Below, in pieces: positions 53,801-64,000 of a DNA stretch of 64,000 nucleotides. The translations under genes were made by a program, and so were the position numbers. The stretch covers positions 89,940-153,939 of the forward strand of contig JAFTRN010000030.1 of the NCBI GenBank assembly GCA_017462265.1. Reading direction: 5' to 3'. The notes below the pieces were generated by a model that saw nothing but the letters and a program-made list of their open reading frames with translations, did no database searches and was not told where the DNA came from. Position 1 is the stretch's first letter. Every line of letters starts with the position of its first letter. This DNA is from Coprobacter sp. GTDB taxonomy: Bacteria > Bacteroidota > Bacteroidia > Bacteroidales > UBA11471.

Positions 53801-54958
53801 CTATACGAGTAAATCTTTTGTAATGCGACGAGCCTCGGTGTCGGTGGCTACATAGTCGTCGTAAGTGGGGGTGGCGATGAATGTCGCCTGCTCCATGGTG
53901 CGTGCTATGACACGGGGCATATCGGTAAACGCTATGCGGTCGTGGAGGAATGCATCTACCACTATCTCGTTGGCGGCGTTCAATATACAGGGCATATTAC
54001 CACCTTGGCGCATGGCCTCGAACGCGAAACCGAGTAACGGAAATTTCTCCGTGTCGGGTTGCTCGAATGTGAGCGTGGCATAGTGTGGAAGTTCCGGTTT
54101 CGGATCGTTACTCGGCAATCGATGCGGAAAGGCAAAGGCATATTGTATGGGCAGTTTCATATTGGGCAGTCCCAACTGTGCCTTTATGGCGCCGTCGCTG
54201 AATTGTACCATAGAATGTACTATCGATTGCGGGTGTACCACCACCTCTATCTGTTCGGGGGTGACGCCAAACAGCCATTTGGCCTCGATTACCTCAAATC
54301 CCTTGTTCATCATCGAGGCCGAGTCGATGGTGATTTTAGCACCCATTTTCCAATTAGGGTGTTTCAGGGCCTCGTTTTTGGTCACGTTTTTCAACTCCTC
54401 CTTACTCATTGTGCGGAACGGTCCGCCCGACGCTGTGAGTATAACCTTTTCCACGGGACTGTTGTTCTCGCCGGCCAAGCATTGGAATATGGCCGAGTGC
54501 TCCGAATCGACCGGGATAATGGGCACCTTATTCTCAACGGCGAGACGGGTTATCAGCTCACCGGCCACGACGAGGGTTTCTTTGTTGGCAAGAGCGATAG
54601 CCTTGCCGGCTTTGATGGCTCGAATGGTGGGGTATAATCCCGCATATCCCATCATGGCGGTCAGCACCATGTCGATAGGGGCCGCCTCTACGATTTGGGC
54701 TATGGCGTCGCTACCGGCATATACCTTTATAGGCAGGTCGCTCAGCGCCTCTTGCAGTTCGGCATAGAGCGATGTGTCGGCAATGACTACAGCCTCGGGG
54801 GTATATTTGCGAGCCTGCTCTATCAGCAGTTTCACGTTGTGCCCGGCAGTGAGGACATACACCTCGAAGAGGTCGGGGTGTTCCGATATCACCTCCAAGG
54901 CTTGAGTGCCTATCGACCCGGTGGAACCTAATATGGCTAATTGTTTTTTTCTTCCCAT
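53801..54958 (-). CDS. dxr: 1-deoxy-D-xylulose-5-phosphate reductoisomerase
   Basis: LGSTGSIG, LANKE, PVDSEH, HPNWKMGAKITIDSA. Confidence 0.97.
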   Translation of the reverse strand: MGRKKQLAILGSTGSIGTQALEVISEHPDLFEVYVLTAGHNVKLLIEQARKYTPEAVVIADTSLYAELQEALSDLPIKVYAGSDAIAQIVEAAPIDMVLTAMMGYAGLYPTIRAIKAGKAIALANKETLVVAGELITRLAVENKVPIIPVDSEHSAIFQCLAGENNSPVEKVILTASGGPFRTMSKEELKNVTKNEALKHPNWKMGAKITIDSASMMNKGFEVIEAKWLFGVTPEQIEVVVHPQSIVHSMVQFSDGAIKAQLGLPNMKLPIQYAFAFPHRLPSNDPKPELPHYATLTFEQPDTEKFPLLGFAFEAMRQGGNMPCILNAANEIVVDAFLHDRIAFTDMPRVIARTMEQATFIATPTYDDYVATDTEARRITKDLLV

Positions 54959-54971
54959 AGGTTGTCTGTTG

Positions 54972-55832
54972 TCAGAATCGAATATATTCAGAAGGGTCTA
55001 AGGGTACACCGTCGTGCCATAATTGGAATTCGACGTATGGACGCAATTGTCCGTCGATACGATCACCCGAGAGAGCGATGTTTTCGCCTTCCGATACTTT
55101 TTCGCCTACGGTTTTCAGTAACCGCGCGTTGTATTTATATATCGATATATAGTTGTTTTTGTGCTGAACCTCTATTACATACCCCTGATCCAAACTATAA
55201 TATGTAGCCACGACCGTGCCGTCGAGTACGGCGGCCACACCCGATTTACGAGTAGGAGTGATATGTATGCCGTATAGTCCCTTCTTGGGGTTGAATCGGT
55301 GGGTGATACTGCCCTTCACCGGCGGATATAGTATTATATCCTCGGAGATGTTGTGGTTGAACACGTCGAGCGTGTATTTGCCCTCTTCGTTATAATCCTT
55401 CAAAAATGAGTTGGTGGCTGTCGATGGGGGCAATAACGAGTCGATGGGGTAGCTTATCAGCGGTTGCTCTTTGTCTATCTCCAAGGAATCAAAAGGTATG
55501 TCGCCTGATAGTATTGTGGAGATATTGTTGAGGTAGGTCCCGTTGATGGCGACGATATGCGAAAGCGAATCTACCGAGAGCGCGTTTTTTACGATCTGTC
55601 CTCGCATATCGGCACTGATATAGCCGGGGAGGGCGCGACGCAACGGTGTGCCGGTGATGAGGTATATGGTGAGCACACCTATCAGTATCACGGCAACCGA
55701 GGTGGCCAATATGGCCGTCAGTCGCGATACACGAAACTCCCACACCATCGCCAACGTATTTTCGTTGAAGAGGGTTACTTTGTAGGAGAAGCGCAGTTTC
55801 TTCCAGAATGATTTTATCTTGTTACCGCTCAT
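54972..55832 (-). CDS. M23/LytM domain protein (catalytic residues degenerate)
   Basis: TM anchor, AVLDGTVV, VIEVQH, VGEKVSEGENIA, LDPSEY; position upstream of dxr. Confidence 0.85.
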   Translation of the reverse strand: MSGNKIKSFWKKLRFSYKVTLFNENTLAMVWEFRVSRLTAILATSVAVILIGVLTIYLITGTPLRRALPGYISADMRGQIVKNALSVDSLSHIVAINGTYLNNISTILSGDIPFDSLEIDKEQPLISYPIDSLLPPSTATNSFLKDYNEEGKYTLDVFNHNISEDIILYPPVKGSITHRFNPKKGLYGIHITPTRKSGVAAVLDGTVVATYYSLDQGYVIEVQHKNNYISIYKYNARLLKTVGEKVSEGENIALSGDRIDGQLRPYVEFQLWHDGVPLDPSEYIRF

Positions 55833-56094
55833 CGGTGATAGAGTATAATTCGTATATGTCGGCGTGATTACCTACACGCCTCCAAATTTGCAAAGTTAAT
55901 AAATATTCGTCATACTTTCCCTATACCGTGTCGTTTTTAGGAAACTTTTCATTTTTCAGCGCGTCGTTTTTCGCTGCATCATTTCGCGAGTCGGTGAACA
56001 GAAACGCTGTCTGGGTTGTTGTAAATGAAGTCATAGAACGCTTTCTCTACTCCCGGGGAGTGGGTGTTTCTTTCAGTTATCCGGGGTAAACAAA

Positions 56095-57285
56095 ATGTAT
56101 AAATCTATGAAAACAAAAAGATGTTTTTTGTACACGGCCCTTTCGGTGGTAGCCTGTGGATTTCTGTTCAGCCCCACAGCCTCGGCGCAGACACTTGTCG
56201 TGGAGGAAGAGATTATCGAGGTAGAAACCTTGCCCGGTACAAAGTATTACAGCAAGCACGTGGGCGATAATTGGTTCTTGTCGGTGGGTGCGGGGGTGAA
56301 TACCTATTTGCACTCGTCGCACAAAGGTACGCTCGAATACAATCTGGCACTTGATATTGCCGGGGGTAAATGGCTGTCGCCATATCTGGCTTTGCGTCTG
56401 AATCTTATGGGTGGTGAGGTACAGAAAAAATGGCCTGCGCCGGGCGAAATACAATCGGCGCGTTATGTGGCGATGTATGGCGACTTGATGTGGGATATAA
56501 CCAACTCGCTCGGAGGTTACGATCCCGGACGTATCGTTTCGTTACGTCCCTTTGCCGGTGTGGGTTCTATCGTTACATTCCAAAATTCCATGGCAGGGCA
56601 TCGCACCTACCTTTTCCCCGTGTCGGCCGGTCTCAATCTCAGTTTCCGCCTATGTAAATATGCAGATATATTTCTCGAAGGTCGAGCCAACATCATGGGT
56701 AACAATTTCTCGGGTGTGCGACAGGGCCGTCAGGTCGAATCTATAGTGTCGCTTATGGCCGGTGTAACCATTAATTTCGGTCGGGATCGATTCTACGCCT
56801 ACAATCCCTATGCCGAGCAGGCAGTGCGTAATGAGTTGAACGATGAGGTAAACGCCCTGCGAGAGAAGTTGGCTGAGGTCGAAAGCCGTCCCTTGCCTCC
56901 GCCCGAGGAGGTAATTGTGTATCTGCCGACACCGGTCGATACCACACCCTCGTGCGACGCCCGCCTCATGTCGGTGGTGCGATTCTCGCTCAATAGTGCG
57001 GTGATTACCCCGGCCGAGATGGTCAATATCTACAACGTGGCTCAATATATGCAGGAACATTCGAGTTGCACGCTGGTTGTCACCGGGTATGCCGATGAGG
57101 ATACCGGTACGCCCGAGTATAACCGACTGTTGAGCGAGCGACGAGCTCGGGCGGTGATGGATATACTTACAAAGGATTACAACCTACCCGCTTCTCGCAT
57201 AGAATTGGTTGCAGGGGGAAGTACCACCCAGCCCTATCCTTCCAACAATGCATGGAATCGTATCGTGCTATTCTCGACCAAATAA
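56095..57285 (+). CDS. OmpA family outer membrane protein
   Basis: N-terminal barrel (DNWFLSVGAG), Pro-rich linker, GYADEDTGTPEYN..LSERRA; start may be 56107. Confidence 0.9.
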   Translation: MYKSMKTKRCFLYTALSVVACGFLFSPTASAQTLVVEEEIIEVETLPGTKYYSKHVGDNWFLSVGAGVNTYLHSSHKGTLEYNLALDIAGGKWLSPYLALRLNLMGGEVQKKWPAPGEIQSARYVAMYGDLMWDITNSLGGYDPGRIVSLRPFAGVGSIVTFQNSMAGHRTYLFPVSAGLNLSFRLCKYADIFLEGRANIMGNNFSGVRQGRQVESIVSLMAGVTINFGRDRFYAYNPYAEQAVRNELNDEVNALREKLAEVESRPLPPPEEVIVYLPTPVDTTPSCDARLMSVVRFSLNSAVITPAEMVNIYNVAQYMQEHSSCTLVVTGYADEDTGTPEYNRLLSERRARAVMDILTKDYNLPASRIELVAGGSTTQPYPSNNAWNRIVLFSTK

Positions 57286-57352
57286 TACTAAACAGACAAA
57301 ATTATAGTTTATTGGCAGAATGGTAAAAAATAATCATTAAACATATTTTATT

Positions 57353-57883
57353 ATGGGTAAAAAAGGTGTCGAAATTATCGATTTGGACGTACAAAAATTA
57401 ATCGCTCTACTAAATGAGGCATTGGCCGAGGAGTGGTTGGCCTATTATCAGTATTGGATAGGTGCGCGCGTCATGAGTGGTCCCATGCGTACCGATGTGG
57501 AAAAAGAGCTATATGCTCATGCCGCCGAGGAATTGCATCATGCCGAGTTGCTGGCCGCCCGCATTATAGAGCTTGATGGCACACCGGTATTGTCGCCCGA
57601 TGAGTGGACGTCGCTGGCAAGGTGTAAATACGAGTCGCCTACCGACCCCTATGTAGAGACTATCTTGTTGCAGAATCTGGCATCGGAACGATGTGCCATA
57701 CAGCGATATGAGGCGTTGGCGCAACTTACCGATGGGAAGGACTTCACGACATTTTCTATTGTCACCGAGATTCTTGCCGAAGAGGCCGAACATGAGCACG
57801 ATATAGAGTCGTGGCTCGAAGATATACGGCTTTTCCGAGAAAGTCTGGTCTCTACGATGGTCGAGAAAGAGATTTTGGAATAA
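57353..57883 (+). CDS. Ferritin-like DpsL/bacterioferritin-related protein
   Basis: EEWLAYYQYW, EELHH, SERCAI, EEAEHE diiron motifs. Confidence 0.88.
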   Translation: MGKKGVEIIDLDVQKLIALLNEALAEEWLAYYQYWIGARVMSGPMRTDVEKELYAHAAEELHHAELLAARIIELDGTPVLSPDEWTSLARCKYESPTDPYVETILLQNLASERCAIQRYEALAQLTDGKDFTTFSIVTEILAEEAEHEHDIESWLEDIRLFRESLVSTMVEKEILE

Positions 57884-58003
57884 TCTCTTTTATTAGCGAC
57901 ACGGGAGGAGAATTTGCTTCGGGCGATTCTCCTTTTTTTGTTACAATATATTGCAAATATGAAAAATAGTGCTACATTTGCAAAGACCATAAACCCAAAA
58001 CTC

Positions 58004-58246
58004 ATGAAAGCCGAGGCCCTCAGAGGAAAAAATATCTTTTCTCGTATTTTCTACTTCTATATCGATGGATTCCGTGCGATGACGCTCGGAAAAACCCTGT
58101 GGGCGATTATTTTGATAAAATTGTTTATCTTTTTCTTCGTATTGAAACTCTTTTTCTTCCCCGACTTTTTAGGCTCTCGTTGCGATACCGACGCGGAATG
58201 TGCCGACTATGTGGCAACAGAGCTCACAACGATACTCCCGAAATAA
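58004..58246 (+). CDS. DUF4492 family protein
   Basis: FYIDGFRAMTLGKTLWAIILIKLFIFF; upstream of cydA as in Bacteroidales. Confidence 0.85.
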   Translation: MKAEALRGKNIFSRIFYFYIDGFRAMTLGKTLWAIILIKLFIFFFVLKLFFFPDFLGSRCDTDAECADYVATELTTILPK

Positions 58247-58257
58247 TATTTTGCTAT

Positions 58258-59814
58258 ATGGACGAACTATATTCTTTGGTTGATTGGTCGCGGGCGCAAT
58301 TTGCGCTTACCGCGATGTATCATTGGCTCTTTGTGCCGCTGACGTTGGGCTTGGGCCTTATTATCTCCTGTATGGAGACCGTTTATTATCGCACAGGCGA
58401 TGAGCGATGGAAACGCATGACGAAGTTCTGGATGAACCTTTTCGGGGTAAATTTTGCCCTCGGAGTTGCTACCGGAATCATTCTCGAATTTCAGTTTGGC
58501 ACCAACTGGTCTAATTACAGTTGGTTTGTAGGCGATATATTTGGAGCGCCGTTGGCTATAGAAGGTATAATGGCCTTCTTTATGGAATCAACATTCATCG
58601 CTATTATGTTTTTTGGTTGGAACAAGGTGAGTCGTGGCGCGCACTTGGCCTCTACCTGGCTTACGACTATCGGGGCGTCGATTTCGGCCCTGTGGATACT
58701 TGTAGCGAATGCATGGATGCAGAACCCCGTAGGTATGCAGTTCAATCCCGACACGGTACGCAACGAAATGGTCGATTTTTGGTCGGTGCTTCTTTCTCCG
58801 GTGGCCATCAACAAATTTTTCCATTCGGTAACGGCAGGTTGGGTGCTTGGCGCGATATTCGTTGTGGCCATATCGGCTTGGTTTTTGTTGCGTAAACGCG
58901 AGGAATATATGGCCACTCGCAGTATGAAAGTGGCGGCGTGGGTAGGTATTCTCGGTATATTGTTTGTGATGCAGACCGGCGACGGATCGGCCTATCAGGT
59001 AGCAAAATATCAACCGATGAAGTTGGCGGCCATGGAGGGCCTTTATGAGGGCGATACCGAGCAGGCGATTATCGCTTTCGGAGTGATGAATCCCGAAAAG
59101 AAATCATACGACGATGGGGTAGAACCCTTCTTGTTCAAAGTAGAGATACCCAAAGTGCTGTCGATGTTGGCTACGCGCGATGCCGAGGGTTTTGTTCCCG
59201 GTATAGAGGATATAATCCGTGGCGGCTATCCTATTGTGAGCGATGACGGTACGATGCGTGTGGCTCCCTCGGCCGAGGAGCGAATGGCGCGTGGTAAGGC
59301 GGCGATAGAGGCGCTGGCCGACTATAAAGAGGCCCGCAAGATGGGCAACGTGGCGGCAGCTGATGAGGCCGCTATGAGACTCAATGCCAACTATGCCGAT
59401 TTCGGGTATGGCTACATCACCGATGTCAATCAACTGATACCCCATGTGCCATTGGTGTTTTATTCGTTCCATATCATGGTGATATTGGGCGGTTACTTCC
59501 TATTACTTTTTATCGTGATACTTATATTGCTTTATCGCAAGACCGTGGCTCGTTACAAATGGTTGTTGTGGATTTTTGTCGCCTCGTTACCATTGGGTTA
59601 TGTGTGCTTGCAATCGGGTTGGATTGTGGCCGAGGTCGGTCGCCAACCTTGGGTGATACAAGATATAATGCCTACGTTTGCTGCCATATCCCGGGTGGAA
59701 ACCTCGGCGGTGCAAACTACCTTTTGGCTCTTTACCGCCATATTCACCGTGTTGCTTATCGCCGAGATAAGTATTATGATAAAACAAATAAAAAAAGGCC
59801 CTGAACAAAAATAA
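58258..59814 (+). CDS. cydA: Cytochrome bd oxidase subunit I
   Basis: SRAQFALTAMYHWLFVP, EFQFGTNW, QPMKLAAMEG, EVGRQPW. Confidence 0.97.
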   Translation: MDELYSLVDWSRAQFALTAMYHWLFVPLTLGLGLIISCMETVYYRTGDERWKRMTKFWMNLFGVNFALGVATGIILEFQFGTNWSNYSWFVGDIFGAPLAIEGIMAFFMESTFIAIMFFGWNKVSRGAHLASTWLTTIGASISALWILVANAWMQNPVGMQFNPDTVRNEMVDFWSVLLSPVAINKFFHSVTAGWVLGAIFVVAISAWFLLRKREEYMATRSMKVAAWVGILGILFVMQTGDGSAYQVAKYQPMKLAAMEGLYEGDTEQAIIAFGVMNPEKKSYDDGVEPFLFKVEIPKVLSMLATRDAEGFVPGIEDIIRGGYPIVSDDGTMRVAPSAEERMARGKAAIEALADYKEARKMGNVAAADEAAMRLNANYADFGYGYITDVNQLIPHVPLVFYSFHIMVILGGYFLLLFIVILILLYRKTVARYKWLLWIFVASLPLGYVCLQSGWIVAEVGRQPWVIQDIMPTFAAISRVETSAVQTTFWLFTAIFTVLLIAEISIMIKQIKKGPEQK

Positions 59815-59820
59815 TAGATT

Positions 59821-60972
59821 ATGGAACTCACAATATCATTTTATCAGCACTATTGGTGGTTGTTGATTTCGGTTTTAGGCGCGTTGTTGGTATTCCTGCT
59901 TTTTGTGCAGGGAGGGCAGACGATGCTATCCTCGCTTGCCAAGAAACCCGTGGAGAAAACAATGCTTGTCAATTCATTGGGACGTAAATGGGAATATACC
60001 TTTACGACGCTTGTCGTTTTTGGAGGTGCTTTCTTTGCCTCGTTCCCGCTGTTCTATTCAACCAGTTTCGGTGGGGCATATTGGCTGTGGATGGCGATAT
60101 TGTTCAGCTTTGTCATACAGGCCGTATCGTATGAGTATCGCTCGAAAAAGGGAAATTTCCTCGGAATGAAGACCTACGACACTTTTCTGCTCATAAATGG
60201 GGTAGTGGGGGTGACGCTCTTAGGCGTGGCTGTCGGAACATTCTTCTCCGGGGCTGATTTCCGTGTCGATAAAGAAAATCTGTTCGACGTGGCAATGCCC
60301 GTGATATCTACCTGGGAAAATCCGTGGCATGGGTTGGAGGCTGTTGCCGACTGGCGCAATCTGTTGCTCGGTGTTACGCTCTTTTTCCTGGCCCGAGTAC
60401 AGGCGTTGCTCTATTTCATCAACAATATCGACGATGAGAATATATACCATCGGTCGCGTCGTCACTTGCTCTATAATGCTGTACCGTTTGTCGTTTTCTT
60501 TCTTACATTTGTGGCAGTAACCTTGTGTGCCGATGGTTATCAGGTCGATTCCGAAACAGCCGAAGTGTCGGTTCGTCCATTCAAGTATTTCTACAATTTC
60601 GTGGAGATGCCATGGGCGTTGATTATGTTCTTGCTTGGAGTAGTTGCGGTGCTGTATGCCATTGTGCGTACCGCGTTTTTCGCCCGATGGCGGTGCGGTA
60701 TATGGTATAGTGGTATGGGTACGATATTGGTGGTTTTGGCGCTGTTCTTTATCGCCGGTTATAACCATACGCCCTATTATCCGTCGAATGTCGATATGCA
60801 GAGTTCGCTGACGATAGTCAATAGTTCGTCGAGTCTCTTTACCCTGCAAGTGATGAGTATAGTCTCGTTGCTTATACCATTTGTCCTATTGTATATCGTG
60901 TGGGCGTGGCGAGCTATGGACCGCAAGTCTATCACCGAGGAGGAAATGAACGATAACGAACATTTGTATTAA
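59821..60972 (+). CDS. cydB: Cytochrome bd oxidase subunit II
   Basis: GRKWEYTFTTLVVFGGAFFASFP, SLTIVNSSSS; follows cydA. Confidence 0.95.
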   Translation: MELTISFYQHYWWLLISVLGALLVFLLFVQGGQTMLSSLAKKPVEKTMLVNSLGRKWEYTFTTLVVFGGAFFASFPLFYSTSFGGAYWLWMAILFSFVIQAVSYEYRSKKGNFLGMKTYDTFLLINGVVGVTLLGVAVGTFFSGADFRVDKENLFDVAMPVISTWENPWHGLEAVADWRNLLLGVTLFFLARVQALLYFINNIDDENIYHRSRRHLLYNAVPFVVFFLTFVAVTLCADGYQVDSETAEVSVRPFKYFYNFVEMPWALIMFLLGVVAVLYAIVRTAFFARWRCGIWYSGMGTILVVLALFFIAGYNHTPYYPSNVDMQSSLTIVNSSSSLFTLQVMSIVSLLIPFVLLYIVWAWRAMDRKSITEEEMNDNEHLY

Positions 60973-61199
60973 ACGATTGGTAATTAGTTTTTAAATAAGA
61001 ATTTCGAGGTTTCTGTTAAAAAATGTCAGAGACCTCGGATTTTTTGTTATTATACGTTAAGTCTTTTTGCTAATCGCCTATTTTATGAACGAAAAGTCTT
61101 TTCTGTGATTATTGAATTGACCTTTCGTATATCTTTGCAATATACTTTTAAGGCTCGTATAGTGTCAACTATTTTCAGCTCAAATCAAAACGCAAAATT

Positions 61200-62135
61200 A
61201 TGGAAAATGTATATGATATATCTTTCTCGGATATTGTAGAGATTCGGGAACAAATGCCTCATAAAATTCGTACAGACAATCACAATACTGTACTGCTCGA
61301 GATAGATGGGTTCGATTATGATAAGATACAAGAGCAAAAACAGAAATGTGCCGGGCTGAAAATCGATGCGTTACGCAATAATGATATGGGCTATTTTTGT
61401 TGCGTGCTGCAAGGGCATATCGATATGGAAATCAATGGTCGTACCTACAAATTGGAGGCCGGTGAGTTTTCTTGTCTTTTCAAGGGCGATTATTTCAAAT
61501 TGAACGATGCTTCGAGAGACGTAAAACTATTTATGCTCCTCAGTGGCTCGGGCGAACACATGTTCAAACTCAGTAACACGATGATGTTGTTGTCGTTCCG
61601 CGATAAGCTCGAACAGAGTCGTTGCTACGGTATGCAACCGGCTACGGCCAAGGCCATCACTATGCTTTATGGCTTGATGTGCGAGACACTCGAAGACAAC
61701 AATCTGCTTTACAAAGAGATAATTATGCAGGAGTATCTGCATATCCTATTCTATTATCTCTCTTCAGATCTTATGCGAGGAGAGAAGTTGTCGCCTACCT
61801 CGGTGCCTTCTCGTCGCGAGGAGTTGCTCATGCAATTTACCCGCCTTGTGAGCGAGAACTTCAAGGTGCAACGCAAGGTGAAATATTATGCCGATAAAAT
61901 GTGTCTTACCCCCAAATATCTCTCGACCATCGTGTATGAGACCGGAGGGAAATATGCCCGCGATATCATTGCCGAATTTGTGATTATAGAGGCGAAACGT
62001 CTGCTTGTGAATACGACTATGACTGTGCAAGAGATAGGCGATGCCTTGCACTTCTCATGCCAAAGTTTCTTCGGGAAATATTTCCGCGAACACACCGGTA
62101 TGACACCACAAGAATATCGCCAATCACAACGATAA
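61200..62135 (+). CDS. AraC family transcriptional regulator
   Basis: YYADKMCLTPKYLS, QSFFGKYFREHTGMTPQEYR. Confidence 0.93.
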   Translation: MENVYDISFSDIVEIREQMPHKIRTDNHNTVLLEIDGFDYDKIQEQKQKCAGLKIDALRNNDMGYFCCVLQGHIDMEINGRTYKLEAGEFSCLFKGDYFKLNDASRDVKLFMLLSGSGEHMFKLSNTMMLLSFRDKLEQSRCYGMQPATAKAITMLYGLMCETLEDNNLLYKEIIMQEYLHILFYYLSSDLMRGEKLSPTSVPSRREELLMQFTRLVSENFKVQRKVKYYADKMCLTPKYLSTIVYETGGKYARDIIAEFVIIEAKRLLVNTTMTVQEIGDALHFSCQSFFGKYFREHTGMTPQEYRQSQR

Positions 62136-62151
62136 GTAGCCGTATTGTATA

Positions 62152-62192
62152 AAAGCGTAGCCCTCCGGCCTTGGCCGGAGGGCTACGCTTTT
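62152..62192. terminator. Bidirectional terminator between araC and ssrA
   Basis: AAAAGCGTAGCCCTCCGGCC-TT-GGCCGGAGGGCTACGCTTTT perfect inverted repeat. Confidence 0.85.
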
Positions 62193-62197
62193 ATGTG

Positions 62198-62592
62198 TGG
62201 AGGTGGAGAGATTCGAACTCTCGTCCAAACGAGGAAACAATAGGCTTTCTACATGCTTATCTCCGCCTTCATTGTCGGGCGCACACAAGACCGGAGCCAC
62301 CAATGTGCGCCTTAGCCCCTACAGTTTCACGGTTGTCCCGGGGCGAGACTTCCGCTATTTCCGATATTCTTGCACCACCTGTTCGGAACGCTTCGGAACC
62401 ACAGCAACCGGGTGATGTCTCGTTCCGACAACTGTTGCCGGAATAAAGCTAATCTACTGTACTTCGATTAAGCAGCGAGAGCGTAGTTATTTTCGCCAGT
62501 TAAATTTTTGATGTCTGAGATTATAGAGCAAGCCATCAACGCTCTGCATGCTTACATACTCCTTCTACCCGCTGTCAAAACCGGTCACCCCC
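62198..62592 (-). ncRNA. ssrA: tmRNA
   Basis: 5' GGGGGTGACCGGTTTTGAC, tag GENNYALAA* (62468-62497), 3' GAGAGTTCGAATCTCTCCACCTCCA. Confidence 0.97.
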
Positions 62593-62802
62593 CATAGGTG
62601 AGAATATGTTGTGCGACCTCGACCGCTGTCGTCGGTCACAATACAGGATAAGTTGTTTTATTTTTCAGAAAATTCAAAACAACTTTTCGGTGTGCAAAGA
62701 TAACAAATCCTCGAAAAAGAATGTTCTTCCACGAGAATTTTTTTCAGAAGCCGTAATAATTCTTCCAAGAAAATTTCAAACAGCATTCTTAAATGCCTCA
62801 GG

Positions 62803-63942
62803 TTATCGCATTTCGTTGCCCTTTTTGATGAGGATAATGACCTGTACGGCAACATCGAAAAATACAATCTTTCCGTTGGCGTTCTGGGCAATATCGCGCT
62901 CGGCAAGGCGGAACAGTTCCATCAAGTCTTGAATGTTGTGTTCGTTGATAAATGGGGCGAATCGGGATAGAAACTGCTCTTCATCGGGGCGGGTATAGTT
63001 CAGTTCGGGCTGTTGCAGATTGTGAATGAAACTTTCGCGCAACATCTGTTGGCAATAGGCAATAAAGCGTTTTTCGGCTTCTCGGCCCAAATTGGCCACC
63101 TTTTCGCTCCATTCTTTCAGGTTTTTCACCTGTCGGGCGTATGCTTGTCGCATAAGGGCGATAAACAATTCCAAAAACAACTCCTGTTCGCTGTTGAGTT
63201 GTATCAGCTCCATGGCTTTGAGATAGTCGCCACCTGATGCGCCGGCTATGGCATTGGCCGTTTGCGTATCGAGGCCTTGATGGTCACGTAGGTCGGCGGC
63301 AATAGCTTCGCTGTCGGTGGCTCGCAGTTGCAGACGTTGGGTACGTGAACGTATCGTCTCGAGCATCATTTCGGGCTTATCGCTTACCAGTAAAAATACC
63401 GTCTTGTCAAAAGGTTCCTCGAGCAACTTCAGTATGGCATTGGCGCAGGCGGTATTCATGAGGTGGGCTTGCCATATAATCATGATTTTATGCTCGGACT
63501 CGAAACTTTTAAGGTTGAGCTTGCGTATAATCTCATGTGCCTCGTGTACATATATTTGTGGCTGACTATTCCCGGTGGCAAGAAATTGTTGCCAACTTTC
63601 GGCCGATGGGTATCGAGTCTCATTCAGATACTCGCGCCATTCGGTTATGTAATCGTCGCAGATAGGTTTTGAGCGCTGTTTTTTGTTGGTAATGGGAAAT
63701 ACAAAATGTATATCGGGGTGCATCAGATTGGAGAATTGTTTACACGATGGACACATTCCGCAAGCATCGTCGCCTTTTTCCCCGGTACATTGTATGTATC
63801 GGGCATACGCCAATGCCAACGGGAGTGCGCCTTGTCCGTCGCGCCCTTCAATCAGTTGCGCATGAGGAATACGCGCTTCTTTTACCGATGTTATAAGACG
63901 ATGTTTTATATTCTCTTGTCCGATAATATCCTTAAAAAACAT
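62803..63942 (-). CDS. holB: DNA polymerase III delta' subunit
   Basis: MFFKDIIGQ, CGMCPSC..HPD, ANAILKLLEEP, TIRSR. Confidence 0.92.
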   Translation of the reverse strand: MFFKDIIGQENIKHRLITSVKEARIPHAQLIEGRDGQGALPLALAYARYIQCTGEKGDDACGMCPSCKQFSNLMHPDIHFVFPITNKKQRSKPICDDYITEWREYLNETRYPSAESWQQFLATGNSQPQIYVHEAHEIIRKLNLKSFESEHKIMIIWQAHLMNTACANAILKLLEEPFDKTVFLLVSDKPEMMLETIRSRTQRLQLRATDSEAIAADLRDHQGLDTQTANAIAGASGGDYLKAMELIQLNSEQELFLELFIALMRQAYARQVKNLKEWSEKVANLGREAEKRFIAYCQQMLRESFIHNLQQPELNYTRPDEEQFLSRFAPFINEHNIQDLMELFRLAERDIAQNANGKIVFFDVAVQVIILIKKGNEMR

Positions 63943-64000
63943 AACGCTTGTATGTGGTTATAAGTCGTTTGGGGATTTTCGTATTCTAATATACTGTCGC

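Noticed and set aside
58099-58257. Long N-terminal extension of cydA
   Set aside because: Overlaps DUF4492 in another frame; CydA homology begins at ATG 58258
62198-62230. Island integrated at the ssrA 3' end
   Set aside because: No duplicated 3' end or integrase nearby; the terminator follows directly
62171-62446. Short ORFs overlapping tmRNA (also 7761-7982 over tRNA-Ala)
   Set aside because: Spurious translations across RNA genes

Overview
Bacteroidales chromosomal segment (TAnnTTTG promoters, tmRNA tag GENNYALAA; gene set typical of gut Barnesiella/Coprobacter-like organisms, by inference). The first ~2.6 kb is the rearranged end of a Bacteroidetes Mu-like prophage remnant: a MuF-type minor head protein with a papain-fold toxin-like C-terminus, a convergent small gene, and truncated virion-morphogenesis, tape-measure and tail-chaperone genes. 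Next to it is an FGE-sulfatase/C-type-lectin-fold gene whose 3' end has the codon signature of a diversity-generating retroelement (DGR) variable repeat, although I found no RT or template repeat in the window. The rest is mostly housekeeping and metabolic: yfhO-like, tRNA-Ala, ruvC, two efflux operons, recQ, groES/EL, GH89, ribF, tRNA(CAT), pepD, fadL-like, xylBAE, ridA, pepO, ABC-F, DPP-III, rlmI-rseP-dxr-M23, ompA, dpsL-like, cydAB, araC, ssrA and holB. Also present: an AT-rich MBOAT/SGNH-like cassette with an in-frame G9 tract and a highly structured leader, a dispersed MITE/REP-like repeat family, a leader-peptide attenuator upstream of an efflux operon, and a sigma54-type promoter at groES. 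All calls are from reading the sequence by eye; no searches were run.
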